From an uncultured Gammaproteobacteria bacterium (GTDB lineage: Bacteria > Patescibacteriota > Microgenomatia > JALYQM01), in the NCBI GenBank assembly GCA_964403585.1, contig CAYOFQ010000001.1, positions 584,630-648,629 of the forward strand: DNA of 64,000 bases, in the 5' to 3' direction. Position 1 is the first letter of the stretch. Each line of letters begins with the position of its first letter. Below the pieces are notes generated by a model. That model was given only the letters and a program-made list of their open reading frames with translations. It was not told the DNA's origin and ran no database searches. Position numbers and translations under genes: made by a program. Below, piece after piece: positions 59,923 through 64,000 of the stretch.

Positions 59923-59960
59923 ATAAAATAAATACTACTGCTATGGTACAATAATTCTCA

Positions 59961-61646
59961 ATGTGGCAACTTTCTCTTTTTACCTTTTTAAGGCGGAAAT
60001 ACACACTGTTAATACTTTTTACGATCGTATTCACGGCGCTAACTTTACCTAACCTCGTCAATCAGAATCTTATTGGCGATGAAGCGGTTTATATTGTCGA
60101 AGGCGACCGATACCTGCATCAGCTCTACAGCTATTACCACAATAGCGGCTCACCGGTACTCCTCAAGGTAATTACGGCCATTCCATATTCCGTTTTACCT
60201 TTAAATAGGGACTACGTACCATATTATAACCCAATTTTTACCGATGTGTACAAAGCTGCCGATTTTACCTATATTCAAAACCGTTCCTTTGCCCAGACCG
60301 TAATCATATTGGCCCGTATTCCACATTTGCTGCTGGCACTGTTGCTCGGGTACAGTATTTTTGTCTTCGCGCGGTGGAAATTCGGTTTAAAAGTTGCAAC
60401 TGTCGCACTGGTACTCTATTCTTTTCACGCGACTTTTCTCGCTCATGCCGCAACAGCAAATTTGGACATTGGCGTGACCGCATTTTGCTTTTGGACTGCG
60501 GCAGCTTGGTATTATTACCTCGAAAACCGTCGGCACAAGTGGCTTTTAGTGGTAACCGGAATTTTACTGGGCCTGGCACAAGCAACCAAAATCTCCGCAA
60601 TTTTACTGTATCCCTTACTTATCTTATGGTATCTGTATAAACGTAAAGAACATCCAATAACTGATCTGGTTACGGTATTTGGCATTAGCGGTATTGCTTT
60701 GTGGGCGGTGTACCTTTTCCAGATTGGTCCTATCCTGACGCCCGGTGAATCCACTGCCGGTATTGAGAGTGTTTACGGCAGCATACCGATACTTAAGGAG
60801 TATAAATCGGATATTACACAGCTGCTGTATTTACCGGTGTATCCGCTCGGTGCGTTCCTGAACAATTTTTCTTACCAGCTTAGCCACAGCTTTTTTGGAC
60901 ACACCAATTACCTGAACGGTACATTTACCAACCAGGGGATCTGGTACTATATTCCGGTTGTATTCACCATTAAAAACTCATTTATCCTGACATTCCTTGT
61001 TTGCCTTGGCGGAATCACCGTATATCGTGCCAAGCATGAAAATCGCCAATTGCTCTATTTTCTATGGCTGTGGGTGCTGATAGTCCTAATCTGGTCGATG
61101 CAATCAAAAATTCAGTTAGGTATTCGGTATGCTCTACCAATGTTCCCGTTTCTGTTTATTATTGCCGCCTGGGCGCTGGCGTATTGGAGCCGGAAGCTTA
61201 TTAAAAATAGATACGCCAACGGCGCAATTGCGATAACACTGGCAGTGTACATTCTGAGCACTTTCAGAACGGGCAGCAACTATTTTACGTACATCAGCGA
61301 AATTTATCGCGGTGAAAATCCGGTGGACATTGTTTTTGATTCTGACTATGACTGGGGACAAAATGTCTATAAAATGGCAGAGGAGCAAAAAAGCAAAAAT
61401 CTGTACCCGTTATATTTCCGTTCATATGGAGGTGCCAATCTCGGTTATGAAGGTATTCAAAATTCTGCCGATCCGTCAGAGGCACTCAATGCCAAGTTGG
61501 ACGGCTACTATGCCTTCTCACATTCTGCACTTGTGAAAGCCCGGACAGGTGACCCGACAATTTTTTCTTATTTTTATTCAAAAAAGCCGGATTATATTAT
61601 TAATAAAACTATTTATGTCTATAAAGTCTCTTTTGCAAAATCGTAA
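59961..61646 (+). CDS. GT-C glycosyltransferase, ArnT/PMT-like
   Basis: First-loop motif GDEAVYIVEGDRY. About thirteen TM segments. Confidence 0.65.
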   Translation: MWQLSLFTFLRRKYTLLILFTIVFTALTLPNLVNQNLIGDEAVYIVEGDRYLHQLYSYYHNSGSPVLLKVITAIPYSVLPLNRDYVPYYNPIFTDVYKAADFTYIQNRSFAQTVIILARIPHLLLALLLGYSIFVFARWKFGLKVATVALVLYSFHATFLAHAATANLDIGVTAFCFWTAAAWYYYLENRRHKWLLVVTGILLGLAQATKISAILLYPLLILWYLYKRKEHPITDLVTVFGISGIALWAVYLFQIGPILTPGESTAGIESVYGSIPILKEYKSDITQLLYLPVYPLGAFLNNFSYQLSHSFFGHTNYLNGTFTNQGIWYYIPVVFTIKNSFILTFLVCLGGITVYRAKHENRQLLYFLWLWVLIVLIWSMQSKIQLGIRYALPMFPFLFIIAAWALAYWSRKLIKNRYANGAIAITLAVYILSTFRTGSNYFTYISEIYRGENPVDIVFDSDYDWGQNVYKMAEEQKSKNLYPLYFRSYGGANLGYEGIQNSADPSEALNAKLDGYYAFSHSALVKARTGDPTIFSYFYSKKPDYIINKTIYVYKVSFAKS

Positions 61647-62868
61647 AGCTGTCGCCGTAGTCGTGTTGAGTGGGGCGGTTATCCTCGGGGAGCTGGGGAG
61701 ATTCCGCCTCTATCAGAATGTCTACATCAGTCTTCTTGATCTTACTGCGCTCATGTTTATCCTGTGTACTATCCGTCCAAACGTATTTAAGGCCGATTTC
61801 CCGCGAAAGTACCTCGCCTGGATTGTATTAGTTTTTTTAATGATGATTTTTACCATTGCCCTGGAAGTTTTCTCAGTTCCTCTCCGCGAGCTCGTTCTGG
61901 CATCGTTATATCCGCTTCGCTGGCTGCTCTATAGTTTAATACCGATAGGCTATTGTGCGCTGTCGGGAGAACGCGAGGTCTCTTTTGCCGAACGAAGCTT
62001 TTCAGCGATCTTTGTATGTTTGGCTATTCTTGGCTTCCTGCAACTGGTTCTCTTCCCGAACTTAGGTATGCTTGAGCAGTATGGTTATGACCCGCACTAT
62101 CTTCGACTGGTCTCCACCTGGCTCGATCCTAACTTTATCGGCCCGGCATTTATTTTAGGCATGTTAGTTATCTACGGAACTGCTTGCTCCGGAGTTTACC
62201 GCAAATGGGTTCTTATAACACTGTTGTTTGCCGCCCTTGTTTGTACTTTCTCGCGCAGTAGCTATCTTATGTTTGCCGTCAGCGGAATTACGTTTGCGTT
62301 ATTGAGAAAATCCTGGAGGCTGGCCTTCCTCGTACTTGTCGGATTAGGGGTGATCTGGATAGCGTTTTATATCCCTCGTCAGAATATCGAAAAGAGCCGT
62401 AACATAGACCGGGTGGTTTCAGCTAATTCCCGGTTAACCTCATATATGCAGGGGTTACGGTTTTATGAAGAAGAGCCTTTTTTTGGTATTGGCTATAACC
62501 TGGTACGCTATGAAAAAAGGCAACATGGCATGATTGTCGATCCACGCGATGGCGGTAACAGCGGTGCCGGAATTGATTCGACCTGGATACTGGTTGCCGC
62601 GACCATGGGGAGCATTGGGTTACTCACTTTTTCAGCTTTCCTGATACGGACTGCCTACTTCATTGTCGATCCGGTCAATAACAAGTCCACAAAGCTGTTC
62701 TCCTCTGTGCGGGCTATCTTTAGACTTACTAAAAGCGAGCACGTCATGGTAGCATTTTTAGCAGGCTGGGCTGTCCATACCTGGTTTGTTAATTCACTGT
62801 TCTTTCCATTGCTCATGACGGTATGGGGGATCGGATTCGGATTAGTGATGAAACGGAAAACCATCTAA
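61615..62868 (+). CDS. O-antigen ligase/polymerase-like (Wzy_C) membrane protein
   Basis: About eleven TM segments. FSRSSYLMF motif and a large periplasmic loop typical of Wzy_C. Start at an internal ATG overlapping the upstream gene. Confidence 0.6.
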   Translation: MSIKSLLQNRKAVAVVVLSGAVILGELGRFRLYQNVYISLLDLTALMFILCTIRPNVFKADFPRKYLAWIVLVFLMMIFTIALEVFSVPLRELVLASLYPLRWLLYSLIPIGYCALSGEREVSFAERSFSAIFVCLAILGFLQLVLFPNLGMLEQYGYDPHYLRLVSTWLDPNFIGPAFILGMLVIYGTACSGVYRKWVLITLLFAALVCTFSRSSYLMFAVSGITFALLRKSWRLAFLVLVGLGVIWIAFYIPRQNIEKSRNIDRVVSANSRLTSYMQGLRFYEEEPFFGIGYNLVRYEKRQHGMIVDPRDGGNSGAGIDSTWILVAATMGSIGLLTFSAFLIRTAYFIVDPVNNKSTKLFSSVRAIFRLTKSEHVMVAFLAGWAVHTWFVNSLFFPLLMTVWGIGFGLVMKRKTI

Positions 62869-63611
62869 GGGTTGTACGTTACTCTACGTGAGACATCCAC
62901 CGATTTGTTACCGGCGTCATCCTTCGCATATACAGTTATCGTATTTTCACCGCCTTGGAGGCGTACCTTCTGGGCAAATGTTCCGTCGGCATTAATAATA
63001 CCGCGAGAACCGTTAATGTATACCTCGGTGGCCTCGTCAGTTTTACCTTTGACATCTATAACAGCTTGAGCCGCACCACCATAGGTCTCACCATTATTTG
63101 GTGAATTTAATTCCAGCTTCGGTTCACGGGTATCGAGAATTACCGAGTACGTTTCGGTCGGAGAACTTTTTCGTCCCTTGGAATCCTGCGCATATGCCGA
63201 AAAGGTATTGGTTCCTTCATTCATCGAAACATTCGCAAAAATAAACGAACCACTGTTATCTGCAACGACTTCGGATTTCTCGGCACCGTTAAAAGAGAGA
63301 TGTACAGTCAGTCCTGATTCGGCCTTTCCGGTAAGTGTTAATACGGCACTGTTCGTCGCCTCAAAAGGCAGAGAATTAAAATTCGGACGCTGGAGTGGAA
63401 TAGTTATGTCCGGGTCTTTATTATTGGGGACATTGGCGTTCCGGGTTGTATCCCAGACATCCGCGATCTTGACCATGGCCGGAATTGCATAATATATAAC
63501 GAGTGCAATGCCTGCTAAGCAAAAAACCAGAATAACGGCAATCCTGCGAACCAGCGCTTGCTCATGTTTTCGGGCAAGTAAATCCTTCTTGGGCATATAG
63601 GTATTTTTCAT
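62865..63611 (-). CDS. membrane-anchored protein with Ig-like (Big) beta-sandwich repeats
   Basis: The track ORF extends into the tRNA, so the start was moved to an internal Met (63611 or 63596). One TM followed by two beta-rich repeats (TYSVILDTREP... / TITVYAKDDAGN...). Confidence 0.5.
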   Translation of the reverse strand: MKNTYMPKKDLLARKHEQALVRRIAVILVFCLAGIALVIYYAIPAMVKIADVWDTTRNANVPNNKDPDITIPLQRPNFNSLPFEATNSAVLTLTGKAESGLTVHLSFNGAEKSEVVADNSGSFIFANVSMNEGTNTFSAYAQDSKGRKSSPTETYSVILDTREPKLELNSPNNGETYGGAAQAVIDVKGKTDEATEVYINGSRGIINADGTFAQKVRLQGGENTITVYAKDDAGNKSVDVSRRVTYNP

Positions 63612-63613
63612 AC

Positions 63614-63689
63614 TGGAGCCACCTCCGGGACTCGAACCCGGGACCTCGGCTTTACGAAAGCCTTGCTCTACCACTAAAGCTAAGGTGGC
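63614..63689 (-). tRNA. tRNA-Thr (anticodon CGU), CCA encoded
   Basis: Hand-folded cloverleaf GCCACCT-TA-GCTT-TAGTGGTA-GAGC-A-AGGCT-TTCGTAA-AGCCG-AGGTC-CCGGG-TTCGAGT-CCCGG-AGGTGGC-T-CCA. Canonical GG in D-loop and TTCGAGT T-loop. One A-G mismatch at 27-43. Confidence 0.85.
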
Positions 63690-63923
63690 ACGTCAACGGT
63701 GTAATTATATCAATAACCGTGCCATCCTGACTATTATAGCATCATCTTAGTACAACAAGCTCCAGAGTGCAAATAATTGACTTTTGGCAGTGACAGCTGC
63801 GGTAAACGCTTCTTTTCCGGACAAAGGAAGACTGAATTGTCACGAGTAACATGTTTTGTGGAAATATTTGTGAAAATTACGAATCCGGCGCTCACTAATT
63901 TCCTACGACAAAGTTCAACACTG

Positions 63924-63995
63924 AGCGGAGGATGGGACTCGGACCCACGACGTCCACCTTGGGAAGGTGGCATTCTACCACTGAATTACCTCCGC
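63924..63995 (-). tRNA. tRNA-Gly (anticodon CCC), no encoded CCA, 7-nt D-loop
   Basis: Hand-folded GCGGAGG-TA-ATTC-AGTGGTA-GAAT-G-CCACC-TTCCCAA-GGTGG-ACGTC-GTGGG-TCCGAGT-CCCAT-CCTCCGC-T. Discriminator U73 as expected for Gly. The T-loop has C at position 55 (unusual). Confidence 0.7.
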
Positions 63996-64000
63996 ACCTT

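Noticed and set aside
63734-63973. 79-aa minus-strand ORF between the tRNAs
   Set aside because: Overlaps tRNA-Gly and the promoter region of tRNA-Thr. No coding features.
1-64000. Searched for CRISPR arrays, integrases/transposases, restriction-modification or other recognisable defence-system genes
   Set aside because: No direct-repeat/spacer arrays and no recombinase, nuclease, helicase or methylase-like ORFs were seen. The GC-rich islands therefore cannot be called classical mobile elements on present evidence.

Overview
This is a 64-kb window from a low-GC (about 40-43%) bacterial genome that looks monoderm. It carries a sortase-type LPESG sorting signal, ftsEX, a VanZ-like gene, a TipA-like MerR regulator and a YezD-like gene. 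Gene density, numerous small secreted proteins, many GT-C membrane glycosyltransferases and frequent leaderless starts are compatible with a CPR/Patescibacteria-like or other reduced monoderm lineage, but the taxon cannot be proven from sequence alone.

Recognisable housekeeping genes are prfB (RF2, uninterrupted, so UGA reads as stop), ftsE, ftsX, galE, a SpoU-family RNA methyltransferase and two minus-strand tRNAs (Thr-CGU, Gly-CCC).

Most of the window is devoted to cell-envelope biogenesis and surface proteins:
- Two large glycan-assembly loci (32.6-39.8 kb and 48.7-62.9 kb) are built from polyprenyl-phosphate-sugar synthase-like GT2 enzymes (one fused to GtrA), five or six ArnT/PMT-like GT-C transferases, a Wzx flippase, a Wzy/O-antigen-ligase-like protein and further GT2s.
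- A roughly 1,970-aa surface protein combines Kelch-like beta-propeller repeats, a LamG domain and FN3 repeats. Its reading frame is broken by a single +1 frameshift, and it sits upstream of a MacB-type ABC ATPase/permease pair.
- Three paralogous Asn/Thr/Gly-rich repeat proteins have strong SD sites and very AT-rich leaders, making them candidate abundant surface-layer or fibril proteins.
- There is a sortase substrate with Pro/Thr linkers, and an EnvC/PcsB-like coiled-coil M23 peptidase whose catalytic motifs appear circularly permuted.
- There is a cytoplasmic PAS/GAF histidine kinase with a stand-alone receiver.

Several blocks of clearly elevated GC (about 52-60%) encode secreted proteins with Ala-rich signal peptides. 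The largest is a 4-kb island at 28.3-32.5 kb bounded by long hairpins; it contains two tandem LysM-like secreted paralogs and a structured roughly 200-nt leader. These blocks look horizontally acquired from a high-GC donor.

No CRISPR array, integrase, transposase or obvious defence-system gene was seen. Coordinates I derived by hand-counting may be off by 1-2 nt; ORF-track coordinates are used where possible.
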